25,088 nucleotides of DNA from a virus (taxonomy: Duplodnaviria; Caudoviricetes). The stretch lies in IMG/VR virus record IMGVR_UViG_3300017700_000475, positions 1 through 25,088 of that record; one strand, 5' to 3'. Made by a program: the position numbers and the translations under genes. The notes below the pieces were generated by a model. It searched no databases and had not been told where the DNA came from. It saw only the letters and a list, made by a program, of their open reading frames with translations. Shown here one piece after another: positions 8,520-16,910 of this stretch. Numbering within the stretch: the first letter of the stretch is position 1; each line of letters opens with the position of its first letter.

Positions 8520-9568
8520 CAGTCGCTGGGCCGGTGATTAGCGGCATGATGGCCGGTGACGCAGCCGGCGATGCAGCCGACACGCAAAGCGCAGCCGCTG
8601 ACCGTGCCAGCGCGACTCAAGAGGCCGCACGCCTGCAGCAGCGTTCCGACCTGTCGCCGTGGACAAATGGAGGTGCTGCCGCACAGAACGTCCTTATGTC
8701 CCGCCTTGGTGTTGGCGGCGGCTCTGGTGGCTACAGCGGTCCGAGCCGTGAGCAATTGCGCGCAGAACTCGCCTCCCAGTTCACCAAAACGACCCCCGGC
8801 GCACAAAAGCAGGTTGCCTACACCCGCGCCGACGACACCGGCCAGTACGTTGTTTATACGGACGGCACGCAGGGCACCTACGGCGAAGCTGCACCTGGTA
8901 CAGCCGCAACTTCGCAAGTTGACGAAGCTGGCCTAAACGCTGCGATTGACGCCCGCATGGCGCAATACCAAGGGCAAGGCTCTACTGATCCGAACTATGG
9001 ATCTTTGCTTGAGCCTGCACCGGCTTACAAGCAGTTTTCGCAGCAAGACCTCGATAACGATCTGGTATTCCAGAACACCTACAAGGCCGCGCTGGACACT
9101 GGCACGAATGCACTGAATGCCCGCGCTGCTAATTCTGGTAGTTGGGGGTCTGGCGCCGCCCTGAAGGCTCTGACCCGCTTCGGTGCGCAAGAAACCAACA
9201 AATACACAGGTGACGCCTACAACCGCAATTGGAACCAGCAATCCGATTCGTACAACCGCAACATGGCCGGCAAGCAGCAGACGTATGACTTCCTATCAGG
9301 CGTCTCGCGGCAAGGTCAAAGCGCGGCGGCTGGGGTTGGTGCTGCCGGGATCGCTACGGGCAACGCTATCGCAGGCAACGCGCTTGCATCGGGCAATGCT
9401 CAGTCTGCCGGTATTGTCGGCGGGGCTAACGCCCTGAGCGGCGGGATTTCGGATGCCACCAGCGCGTGGCAGTGGAACCAGCTTTTGAGCAAGCCCAAAA
9501 CGGCCACAAGCGGCGGCTGGGGGACTGGCACCAGCTACGGAAATCAAGACTATGGGAGCTATCTGTAA
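8498..9568 (+). CDS. DNA ejection / internal virion protein (gp7-like)
   Basis: Gly/Ala-rich with a hydrophobic N-terminus; 'DLSPW...G..A' and 'SGAALKALTRFG'; first of three coupled genes. Confidence 0.78.
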   Translation: MGIETILAVAGPVISGMMAGDAAGDAADTQSAAADRASATQEAARLQQRSDLSPWTNGGAAAQNVLMSRLGVGGGSGGYSGPSREQLRAELASQFTKTTPGAQKQVAYTRADDTGQYVVYTDGTQGTYGEAAPGTAATSQVDEAGLNAAIDARMAQYQGQGSTDPNYGSLLEPAPAYKQFSQQDLDNDLVFQNTYKAALDTGTNALNARAANSGSWGSGAALKALTRFGAQETNKYTGDAYNRNWNQQSDSYNRNMAGKQQTYDFLSGVSRQGQSAAAGVGAAGIATGNAIAGNALASGNAQSAGIVGGANALSGGISDATSAWQWNQLLSKPKTATSGGWGTGTSYGNQDYGSYL

Positions 9569-10767
9569 TGACGACTCTCAACCCCAACATCATCTTGGGC
9601 GTCCAGCGCCCGAAATCCATCAACCCGATGGAAATGTATCAGGCAAAAGCCTCGATTGACCAAAACGAGCTTGCCAACCGCATGGGCCAGATGAAGATGC
9701 AGGAATACGAGCAGGGCCGCGCCGACAACGCTCTGTTGCGCGATGCCTACAAGAAGTTTGGCGCAGACACGACTGCAAACGTGAACTCGCTTTATCAGGC
9801 TGGTCTGGGCAAGGAGGCACAGGGTTACGCCAAGTCGCAGGCTGAGCTTGCGAAAGAGCGCGCCACTGGCGACAAGGCAAAAATTGAGACGGTGCAAAAA
9901 GTTGTTGGCCTGATGGGTTCCACCGCCTACGCCCTGTCGCAAAGCCCGACGCTGAGCATTCAGGAAGTGGCCGGCGCCGTTGAACAGCTCAAATCCCAGC
10001 TTCCGCAGGAATACCACGCCGCGCTCGATGTGTCCAAGCTGCCGCAAGACCCGCAAGGTCTGCGCGCTGCGCTGCAAAGCATCTACACCAAGTCAATCGA
10101 GACGGACAAGCTGCTTGCTGACGCGACAAGCCGCCGCAACAACGACCAGACCACACAAACCTCCGTTGAAAACAACAAGCGCACGGTGGGCGCATCCTAC
10201 GCAAACGCTGCAGCAACCCGCGCCGTAGCCGCCTCCAACGTCGAAGCAGCGAAGATCAAAGGCGACCGCGACACGGAAATGAAGATCGCTGACGACTACC
10301 GCGCTCAGTCGAAAGGCTTCAAGGAAGTGGCTGACGCCTACAAGACCATCAACGCCACGCTGGACAAGTCCACGACCTCCGCAGCGGCCACGCTGGCAGG
10401 GGCGACCAAGTTCATGAAACTGCTCGATCCTGGCTCAGTGGTTCGTGAGTCTGAGCTTGGCATGGCCTTGGCTGCAACAGGCGTCTTTGACCGTGCGACA
10501 AACTACGTCAACACACTGCAACACGGAAAGGTTCTCACGCCGTCGCAAGCAGCTGACTTCAAGAAGATCACGGAGCAGATTTACGGCGCGGCGCAGGCTG
10601 GACAAAAACAGATTGACGAGAGCTACAAGCAGCAAGCCAAGACCTACGGCCTGCGCCCGGAAATGATCGTGCAGGACTTGGGGCAGAACACGCCCGCCGC
10701 ATCGGCCAATCCACCCGCGCCAGCTGCTGGCGGCCTGCCGAAGGGCTGGAAAGTGCAGGCCCGCTAA
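9568..10767 (+). CDS. DNA ejection / internal virion protein (gp20-like position)
   Basis: ATG at 9568 overlaps the upstream TAA (TAATG). Helical Ala/Gln-rich, with the motif 'FMKLLDPGSVVRESE'. Confidence 0.72.
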   Translation: MTTLNPNIILGVQRPKSINPMEMYQAKASIDQNELANRMGQMKMQEYEQGRADNALLRDAYKKFGADTTANVNSLYQAGLGKEAQGYAKSQAELAKERATGDKAKIETVQKVVGLMGSTAYALSQSPTLSIQEVAGAVEQLKSQLPQEYHAALDVSKLPQDPQGLRAALQSIYTKSIETDKLLADATSRRNNDQTTQTSVENNKRTVGASYANAAATRAVAASNVEAAKIKGDRDTEMKIADDYRAQSKGFKEVADAYKTINATLDKSTTSAAATLAGATKFMKLLDPGSVVRESELGMALAATGVFDRATNYVNTLQHGKVLTPSQAADFKKITEQIYGAAQAGQKQIDESYKQQAKTYGLRPEMIVQDLGQNTPAASANPPAPAAGGLPKGWKVQAR

Positions 10768-12380
10768 TGCCTACCTTTGATTTTACCTCTCCAGAGGGCA
10801 AGAAATACACGGTTGAAGGCCCTGCCGGCGCTACGCAGGAGCAGGCGTTTGAGATTTTGCAAAGCCAGCTTGGAGGGAGCCCTGCGGCCAAAGCAATTGC
10901 GAACGACGCGATCACCATGGGCGCAAAGAACTTCACCGATGACATGGGGACAATGCAGAAGTTAAACGCTGGTGCGGGAAAAGCGTTCTCCGACATTGCC
11001 CAAGGTGTGAGCCAATACTTCCCGGGCGGCGCGACTCGCGAAGACGTAGCGGAAACCCGCCGGTTGGACGCTCCGCTGATGAATACCGCAGCGGGTAAGG
11101 TCGGCAATATTGGCGCAGGGGTTGCGATGCTGGCCCCCGCCGCCCTAATCCCCGGGGCCGGCTCCGTCGCGGGCGCTGGGGTTATTGGCGGAGTTGTCGG
11201 TGCGTTGCAGCCATCTGTAAGCACTGGCGAGGCCTTGATGAATACCGCTATGGGTGCCGCTGGTGGCGCGGGCGGGCAGGCTGTAGCCAATAAGGCGGCA
11301 GGGTCGGCCGCATTTCAGCAGGCTAACAATCTTAAAGTTGCGAACCAAAATACCCAGAAAGTGGGCGCAGCCAAGAATGCATCCGCAGCCGGGTACGTGA
11401 TACCGCCGGAGGATCTTGGCGGCGGCATGGCAACCAAGCTGCTTTCCGGTGTCGGCGGCAAGATCAAAACTGCGCAGGTTGCCAGTGAGAGAAACCAAGT
11501 AGTCACCAACGACCTCGCAAAACAGGCACTTGGAATGGCTAAAGGTGACGCACTCACCGATCAGGCGCTGCAGGCTATTCGGACCACTGCCGGCAAGGCA
11601 TATGACGTGGTGAAGGGCAGCGGGACTGTGAAGGCTGACGCGAACTACACCAAGGCACTCGATGGAATTGCAGGGCAGTACACAACTGCGTCAAAGGCCT
11701 TCCCTGGCGCGGTGAAGAGCGACATTCCTGATCTTGTGGCAGCACTCAAACAGCCGACCTTTGATGCTGATGGCGCGGTTGAAATGACGAAAGTGCTGCG
11801 CCAACGCGCCGACAAAGCCTTTGCATCTGGCGACAAGGGCGAGGGCAAAGCCATTAAAGAAGCCGCCGACGCGCTGGAAAGTATGCTGGAGCGCCACCTA
11901 ACAGCCTCGGGCTTGCCAGATGCCCTAAAGGCGTTTCAGGAAGCCCGTAAGACGATTGCCCAGACTTACACGGTGCGCAAAGCATTGAACAGTTCGACCG
12001 GAGATGTATCAGCTCAAGTGCTGGCAAAGCTTGCCGATAAGGGAAAACCGCTTTCCGGTGGGCTGGAAACTATCGCCCAGGCTGGGCAAGCATTCCCCAA
12101 GGCTACGCAGATTCTCAAGGAAGCGCCAAAAACCCTTAGCCCCCTCGATATGGCAGTGGCAATGTTCAATGGACCGGTGCTTGGCGCAGCATCGCTTGGC
12201 ACCCGTCCCTTGGCCCGTAGCGCGCTTTTGTCAGCGCCAGCGCAAAGAAATATGCTGGCAAATGCCGGGAAGCCGCAACAGGTAAACGCGCTGTTAAGGG
12301 CTTTGGGTAATGAGGATTTGGTTGTGCCGCTGGGCATTACCGGCGGGCTGGCGACTTCTAACGCCTTGATGAATCGCTAA
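10767..12380 (+). CDS. DNA ejection / internal virion protein (gp16-like position)
   Basis: 537 aa, TAATG-coupled. N-terminus 'FTSPEGKKYTVEGPAGAT' and Gly/Ala-rich hydrophobic segments. Confidence 0.72.
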   Translation: MPTFDFTSPEGKKYTVEGPAGATQEQAFEILQSQLGGSPAAKAIANDAITMGAKNFTDDMGTMQKLNAGAGKAFSDIAQGVSQYFPGGATREDVAETRRLDAPLMNTAAGKVGNIGAGVAMLAPAALIPGAGSVAGAGVIGGVVGALQPSVSTGEALMNTAMGAAGGAGGQAVANKAAGSAAFQQANNLKVANQNTQKVGAAKNASAAGYVIPPEDLGGGMATKLLSGVGGKIKTAQVASERNQVVTNDLAKQALGMAKGDALTDQALQAIRTTAGKAYDVVKGSGTVKADANYTKALDGIAGQYTTASKAFPGAVKSDIPDLVAALKQPTFDADGAVEMTKVLRQRADKAFASGDKGEGKAIKEAADALESMLERHLTASGLPDALKAFQEARKTIAQTYTVRKALNSSTGDVSAQVLAKLADKGKPLSGGLETIAQAGQAFPKATQILKEAPKTLSPLDMAVAMFNGPVLGAASLGTRPLARSALLSAPAQRNMLANAGKPQQVNALLRALGNEDLVVPLGITGGLATSNALMNR

Positions 12381-12604
12381 CCCTTGACGAACCAAGCCAC
12401 GAGGCCAATCGCACCCCATACCGCGAACATCGCCAGCAGCGCGAATTTCCACGGGTGTTGTTTCTGAATGGAGCGGTCATACAGGAGGGATTTGACAGAC
12501 CCGTTAGGAATCATGCGCGACAGGCCAAGAGCCAGAAAGTAGGCAGCGCCGAAGAAAACTAGAGCGCCGACCGATTTAAGAGCAACAGCAAAGATCCATT
12601 CCAT
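12377..12604 (-). CDS. Small 2-TM membrane protein, antisense moron (possible superinfection exclusion)
   Basis: 75 aa with two hydrophobic helices. It fills the gap between the last ejection gene and the tail fibre on the opposite strand. Confidence 0.7.
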   Translation of the reverse strand: MEWIFAVALKSVGALVFFGAAYFLALGLSRMIPNGSVKSLLYDRSIQKQHPWKFALLAMFAVWGAIGLVAWFVKG

Positions 12605-12615
12605 CCCGCAATTCT

Positions 12616-12651
12616 AGCCGCCCGGCGCAAGTTAGGCGGCTTTTTCTTTTT
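12616..12651 (+). terminator. Intrinsic terminator
   Basis: AGCCGCC-c-GGC-GCAA-GTT-a-GGCGGCT (GNRA loop) followed by TTTTCTTTTT. Confidence 0.75.
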
Positions 12652-12662
12652 CAGGAACCCTA

Positions 12663-13712
12663 ATGTCGTACTACTTAAGTCCTATCGGAAATGCACAGAT
12701 CATAGACGCCAATGGCGATCCCATGGTCGGCGGGACCATCAGCACCTTCCTTGCCGGTACATCCACGACCGCGACGACCTACACCGACGACACGGGCGGC
12801 ACGTCACAGGGCGTTGTGATGACACTGAACAGCCTCGGCCTACCCACAAACGGCCCAGTCTGGATGCTTGGCGGTGTTCCGCTGAAATTCATCATCAAAA
12901 ACGCGGCTGGCGTCACCCAATCCACCTTTGACGATATTTCCGGCATTGGCGACACCGCAACGGCACAAGACGAGTGGACCCTGTACGGCGCTGCACCTAC
13001 CTACATCAGCGCTACCAGCTTTTCTGTTGTGGGCGACCAGACCAACACGTTCCAGGTTCTGCGCAAGCTGAAAAGCACAAACAGCGGCGGTACGACTTAC
13101 AGCACGATTGCCACATCTGCGTTTGCTGCTGGCGTCACGACTGTCACCGTTACCAACACGTCCGGCACGCTGGACTCGGGCATGTCCGCTGTCAGCTACG
13201 GCCTGCTGAGCGCGACGAATCCATCGGTTCCCGAGAGTGCTACGGGGAAATTGCTGCGGGTTGCCGCAGACGCCGCCGCCGTCAGAGCGGTTATCCCAAT
13301 CAGCTCCGTCCGCGTCCAAAGCTCCAACGGCTACGGCAGCACCAACACGGCGATTAAGCGATACAGCAACGTGCTGGAGACTGTCGGCACGGATATTACC
13401 TACGCGGACAGCGCAACGCTTGGCGCATCTTTCACGGTCGGTCCAGCAGGGATGTATGCAATCAGCATTGTCTCGACTGGCGGCGCGACGAACATTTACG
13501 GGGCCTCGAAAAACTCAGCCCAACTGACAACCTCTATACATACCATCACGGCGGCAGACAGGATTATTCTGGCCTACACGGGCGGCGGTAACCCGATTCA
13601 AGCCAGTAATACTGTTTACCTTGCCGCTGGTGCTGTTGTCAGACCCCACACAGACGGCACAGCAAGCGGCACGGCTGCGCAAGAGCAGTTCACCATCACC
13701 GGCCCGCTGTAA
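12663..13712 (+). CDS. Tail fibre / receptor-binding protein
   Basis: Virion-attachment N-terminus 'DANGDPMVGGTISTFLAGTST..TTYTD'; very Thr/Ser-rich; C-terminal C1q/TNF-like pattern 'FTV..AGMY.I...TVYLAAG..V'. Confidence 0.8.
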   Translation: MSYYLSPIGNAQIIDANGDPMVGGTISTFLAGTSTTATTYTDDTGGTSQGVVMTLNSLGLPTNGPVWMLGGVPLKFIIKNAAGVTQSTFDDISGIGDTATAQDEWTLYGAAPTYISATSFSVVGDQTNTFQVLRKLKSTNSGGTTYSTIATSAFAAGVTTVTVTNTSGTLDSGMSAVSYGLLSATNPSVPESATGKLLRVAADAAAVRAVIPISSVRVQSSNGYGSTNTAIKRYSNVLETVGTDITYADSATLGASFTVGPAGMYAISIVSTGGATNIYGASKNSAQLTTSIHTITAADRIILAYTGGGNPIQASNTVYLAAGAVVRPHTDGTASGTAAQEQFTITGPL

Positions 13713-14197
13713 TGAAAAATATCATCTGGCAACAGCCGGGCGGTCAGATCGCAGTCCACAACCTACCTGAAGATGCCGACTCGGCTGCGACTGCTGCGCA
13801 ACTGCTTGCCAGCGGCGCGGTAGATCCGGGCTGGACCGCCGCACTGTTTGACGTGCAGCAATTTCCCGGACCTCCGCAAGACACATGGGTCATCGTTGAC
13901 GGCGTTTTGACGACCGACGAAACGGCACAGGCAGCTTGGGAGGTAGAGGAAAAAAAGCGCGTCGGGCATATCCTGATCGATGATTTGGAGCGCAAGTACC
14001 TGATGCCGAAGATGCTGCGCGTGACGATTATTCAGTCTGCCGAAGAAAAGGCGATTGCTTACGGAGCTGCACAGATACCAGCGTGGACGCCGGCCCAAGC
14101 GCTCACGGTTCTGCGCGCTGACCCAGCATCCGGCTACAGCCAAATCCGCGCGCTTCACAACCAGATCGACCAGATCCGCGTGGAGCATGGGCTATGA
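13712..14197 (+). CDS. Putative tail fibre assembly/chaperone protein
   Basis: 161 aa, TAATG-coupled to the fibre; the 'PQDTWVIVDG.L..D' pattern and position fit a fibre chaperone. Confidence 0.5.
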   Translation: MKNIIWQQPGGQIAVHNLPEDADSAATAAQLLASGAVDPGWTAALFDVQQFPGPPQDTWVIVDGVLTTDETAQAAWEVEEKKRVGHILIDDLERKYLMPKMLRVTIIQSAEEKAIAYGAAQIPAWTPAQALTVLRADPASGYSQIRALHNQIDQIRVEHGL

Positions 14198-14538
14198 CCC
14201 GCACAAAAATCATCTTTCGCGGCTTGGTGCTGCTGTGCCTGCTGCTGCCGTGCCTGGTGGCCGGCTTCTTCCGCTTCCTGTGGATGTTGGCCGCTGGCGA
14301 GGCCGACGCTGCCAAGCGAGCCCTGCGCGCCTATGACATGGCCGCCAATGCCAGCGCCCTGGCCGGCAACCCCTTCGAGACCATGAGCAGCCACTGCGGC
14401 CGCGTGCGCACCACCTGGTGGGCGCGGGGAATCATCTGGATCACCGACCGGGTGGACCAGCCCGGCCACTGCGTGGGCGCCAATGCCAAAGAGCAGCCAC
14501 TGCTGGACCTGATCGACAACCACCGTTCCAACCAATAA
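14194..14538 (+). CDS. Hypothetical phage membrane protein
   Basis: 114 aa, ATGA-coupled. Hydrophobic N-terminus and 'D.AANA...GNPFETMSSHCGR...W...D..D.PGHC', a pattern I recognise from genes near tail/lysis modules. Confidence 0.75.
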   Translation: MTRTKIIFRGLVLLCLLLPCLVAGFFRFLWMLAAGEADAAKRALRAYDMAANASALAGNPFETMSSHCGRVRTTWWARGIIWITDRVDQPGHCVGANAKEQPLLDLIDNHRSNQ

Positions 14539-14548
14539 GGACAAGCAG

Positions 14549-14803
14549 ATGATCGACATGGCAACGCTAATGCCCATAGCAATCGGGTTCTTGAGCATCA
14601 TCTGCGCCGCTCTTGGTTGGTTCGCCAATCAGATTTGGAACGGCCTAAAAAAGAACGAAACCGACCTAGCTGCGCACAAGCTAGCCATCGCTGAGAACTA
14701 TGTGCGACACGACAGGCTACAGGAAATCATGCGGCCGGTTACTTCGTCACTTTCAGACATTCAGATCATGTTGGCGAAAAAGGCTGACAGGAGCGAAAAG
14801 TGA
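14549..14803 (+). CDS. Putative holin/antiholin (1 TM plus coiled coil)
   Basis: 84 aa, SD AAGGA, single TM 'LMPIAIGFLSIICAALGWFA', directly before the endolysin. Confidence 0.55.
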   Translation: MIDMATLMPIAIGFLSIICAALGWFANQIWNGLKKNETDLAAHKLAIAENYVRHDRLQEIMRPVTSSLSDIQIMLAKKADRSEK

Positions 14804-15375
14804 AGCCAACACTGACAGAGCAGGACTTTGTGGACGCTGCCGGCCAACTCGGTTGCGAGGTTGCTGCCATCAAAGCCGTGTGCCAGGTAGAGGCGCCACG
14901 CGGCGGGTTCAACCCTGACGGCACACCCGTAACGCTGTTTGAGGGCCACAAGTTCCACAAGTTCACGCATGGCGCGTTTGATGGTGAAGCCCCGGCCCTG
15001 AGCTATCCGACATGGACGCGCAAGCACTACGGCAAGAGCTGGCAGGCCGAACAGGATCGGTTACAGCGGGCGATGGCGCTGGACCGTGAAGCCGCGCTGC
15101 GGTCGGCATCGTGGGGCAAGTTTCAGATCATGGGCTTCAACCATGAAAGTGTCGGGTTTTCCAGCATTCAGGCGTTTGTCAATGCCATGTATGCCGGGGA
15201 GCGTGAACACCTGATGGCCTTTGTGATGTTCGTCCTGAAAAACGGCTTGGCGCCATCCCTTCGTCGGAAAGATTGGGCCAATTTTGCACGCGGCTACAAC
15301 GGCCCCGGCTACGCGGAAAACAAGTACGACGACAAGATGGCTTCGGCCTATGCGTCATTCAAAAAGGAAGCATGA
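14800..15375 (+). CDS. Endolysin, N-acetylmuramidase DUF3380 family
   Basis: 'AAIKAVCQVEA', 'LFEGHKF', 'SASWGKFQIMGFN' and 'WANFARGYNGPGY..N.YD'. Confidence 0.92.
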   Translation: MKPTLTEQDFVDAAGQLGCEVAAIKAVCQVEAPRGGFNPDGTPVTLFEGHKFHKFTHGAFDGEAPALSYPTWTRKHYGKSWQAEQDRLQRAMALDREAALRSASWGKFQIMGFNHESVGFSSIQAFVNAMYAGEREHLMAFVMFVLKNGLAPSLRRKDWANFARGYNGPGYAENKYDDKMASAYASFKKEA

Positions 15376-15881
15376 TGGACTGGCTCAAAGCAATCGCTCC
15401 AACCGCTGCAACCATGCTTGGCGGGCCGTTGGCTGGCTTCGCCGTCAAACTATTGGCCGACAAGCTGGGTGCTCCAGCCGAAACAGTCGAAGCCGTCACC
15501 GACACACTAAGAGGTCTGACCGGCACGCCAGAAGGGCGGATCAAGCTTGCCGAAATCGACGCTGAATTGCGCAAACACGCAATCGACGCCGGTATTGATC
15601 TGGAGCGCCTGGCAGTGCAGAACGCCGCCGACATCAACAAGACTATGCAGGCCGAAACCACTGCCGAACACTGGCCGTCTTATAGCTGGCGCCCCTTTTG
15701 CGGCTTCGTCTTTGGCGTCACGTTTTTCGGGGTTTACTTTGTCTTGCCGCTGCTTAAACTGCCCGTTCCGACGGTTCCGACTGAAGCCTGGATGTCAATA
15801 GGCGCCGTGCTTGGTGTGGCTAGCTGGTTTCGTGGCAAAGCGCAGGCCGACCCGAACAACTCTATGCCAGTGAAGGGCTAA
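15372..15881 (+). CDS. Holin-like membrane protein (3TM gene-transfer-release holin-like)
   Basis: ATGA-coupled start at 15372 (MMDWLKAIAPTAATMLGGPLAG); 'SWRPFCGF' followed by two TM helices. Confidence 0.7.
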   Translation: MMDWLKAIAPTAATMLGGPLAGFAVKLLADKLGAPAETVEAVTDTLRGLTGTPEGRIKLAEIDAELRKHAIDAGIDLERLAVQNAADINKTMQAETTAEHWPSYSWRPFCGFVFGVTFFGVYFVLPLLKLPVPTVPTEAWMSIGAVLGVASWFRGKAQADPNNSMPVKG

Positions 15882-15979
15882 GTCTTCTTCCTCCCCACCC
15901 ACCACCAATAGGCCGCCGCGCCCCCGGCTATAAACGCCAATCCCAAAAGCGCACCCAGCGCGATCAAGCCGATCTCCAT
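15878..15979 (-). CDS. 33-aa single-TM membrane peptide (not in ORF track)
   Basis: Manual translation MEIGLIALGALLGLAFIAGGAAAYWWWVGRKKT*; strong SD AAGGAG 6 nt before ATG; its stop overlaps the convergent holin stop. Confidence 0.7.
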   Translation of the reverse strand: MEIGLIALGALLGLAFIAGGAAAYWWWVGRKKT

Positions 15980-16034
15980 AACTTTCTCCTTGTTATGGAT
16001 TCAGGCTATCACTTTCGAGTGTGTCAATCTGTGA

Positions 16035-16910
16035 CTAATTTACCGATCTGGCGTGTTTTAACCACCCCGTCGCCTCAAGATGAGCAATTAGAGTGTCACA
16101 TTTTCCTTGTGCCGCGAGGGATTTTGAATAAGCCGCGTCCAATTCTGGGCCATCCAAAAAGGCCCATTTTTCATGACCGCCCGGGGCATTTTTGCTCAGC
16201 CAGTGAAGATGATTCGATAGTGGATAACGCTGGAATTGTTCAATTTTAATGACGCGCAGTCCAGCCATTTCACACACCCGGCGCAAGGTGTCCTCGTTGA
16301 ATAGGTACAGATGCTGGCTCCAGTAGGTGAACTTCTGGAAACTGGCCGATTCGTACAGCGTCAACAAGGCGTCTGCTGAGCTTGGCACTTCGACAATAAG
16401 GCGACCGTCCGGAGCCAATTGCGCGCCTAGTCTCTTGAGAACGGCTACCGGGTCCGGCAAGTGTTCGACAACATGAAAAGCCGTCACCACGTCAAACCCG
16501 CCGCCTGCCGATTCAATATCATGGTGGATCTCAATTTGGCCGCTCCAATGCTCACGCGCCCGGTCCTCCAACTCGATACCTTTTGCAGACGCTGCGACTC
16601 GCTTTGCCATGCTGAGAAACCCGCCAGCGCCACACCCAAAATCCAACACCTTTTTGTCAACCAACGTACGCTCCAGCGCGTTAAATCGGCGCGCGTCGTC
16701 TTGGGCGGTTTCCTTGAGCCAATCGTCCATTGATTGCGGGGCTGATCCGTGCATCCCGGATTCTTCATAAAACCCGGTGCGTATATGGTCGATAGAGCTC
16801 AAAAACACCAGCCCGCAGTCGTTGCATTCCAGTATTTTCAGGTCTGGGGCATCCCTAACCGCGCCTGGACGTGTTGAGAACGAGGAACATTGGCAGAGGT
16901 AGCAGTTCAT
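16035..16910 (-). CDS. Class I SAM-dependent methyltransferase with an N-terminal Cys4 zinc motif (glycan-locus type)
   Basis: CxxC...CxxC ('CYLC', 'CNDCGLVF'), motif I 'VLDFGCGAGGF', 'FDVVTAFHVVEHLPDP', 'GRLIVEVP' and 'HLYLFN'. Confidence 0.9.
   Translation of the reverse strand: MNCYLCQCSSFSTRPGAVRDAPDLKILECNDCGLVFLSSIDHIRTGFYEESGMHGSAPQSMDDWLKETAQDDARRFNALERTLVDKKVLDFGCGAGGFLSMAKRVAASAKGIELEDRAREHWSGQIEIHHDIESAGGGFDVVTAFHVVEHLPDPVAVLKRLGAQLAPDGRLIVEVPSSADALLTLYESASFQKFTYWSQHLYLFNEDTLRRVCEMAGLRVIKIEQFQRYPLSNHLHWLSKNAPGGHEKWAFLDGPELDAAYSKSLAAQGKCDTLIAHLEATGWLKHARSVN

Noticed and set aside
9466-9567. N-terminal extensions given by the ORF track (also at 8058, 15273, 17257, 21732, 22882, 24959)
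   Set aside because: Downstream starts with stop/start overlaps or clear SDs fit better; the extensions overlap neighbouring genes.
12663-14197. Diversity-generating retroelement or invertible tail-fibre switch
   Set aside because: No reverse transcriptase, TR/VR repeat pair, invertase or inverted repeats were seen in the window.
15995-16035. Perfect TTGACA (- strand, 16022-16027) and a CACT-CGAA-AGTG hairpin upstream of the 33-aa peptide, as a promoter or riboswitch
   Set aside because: The best -10 (TAGCCT) is only 13 nt away, and the hairpin is too small to match a riboswitch I recognise.
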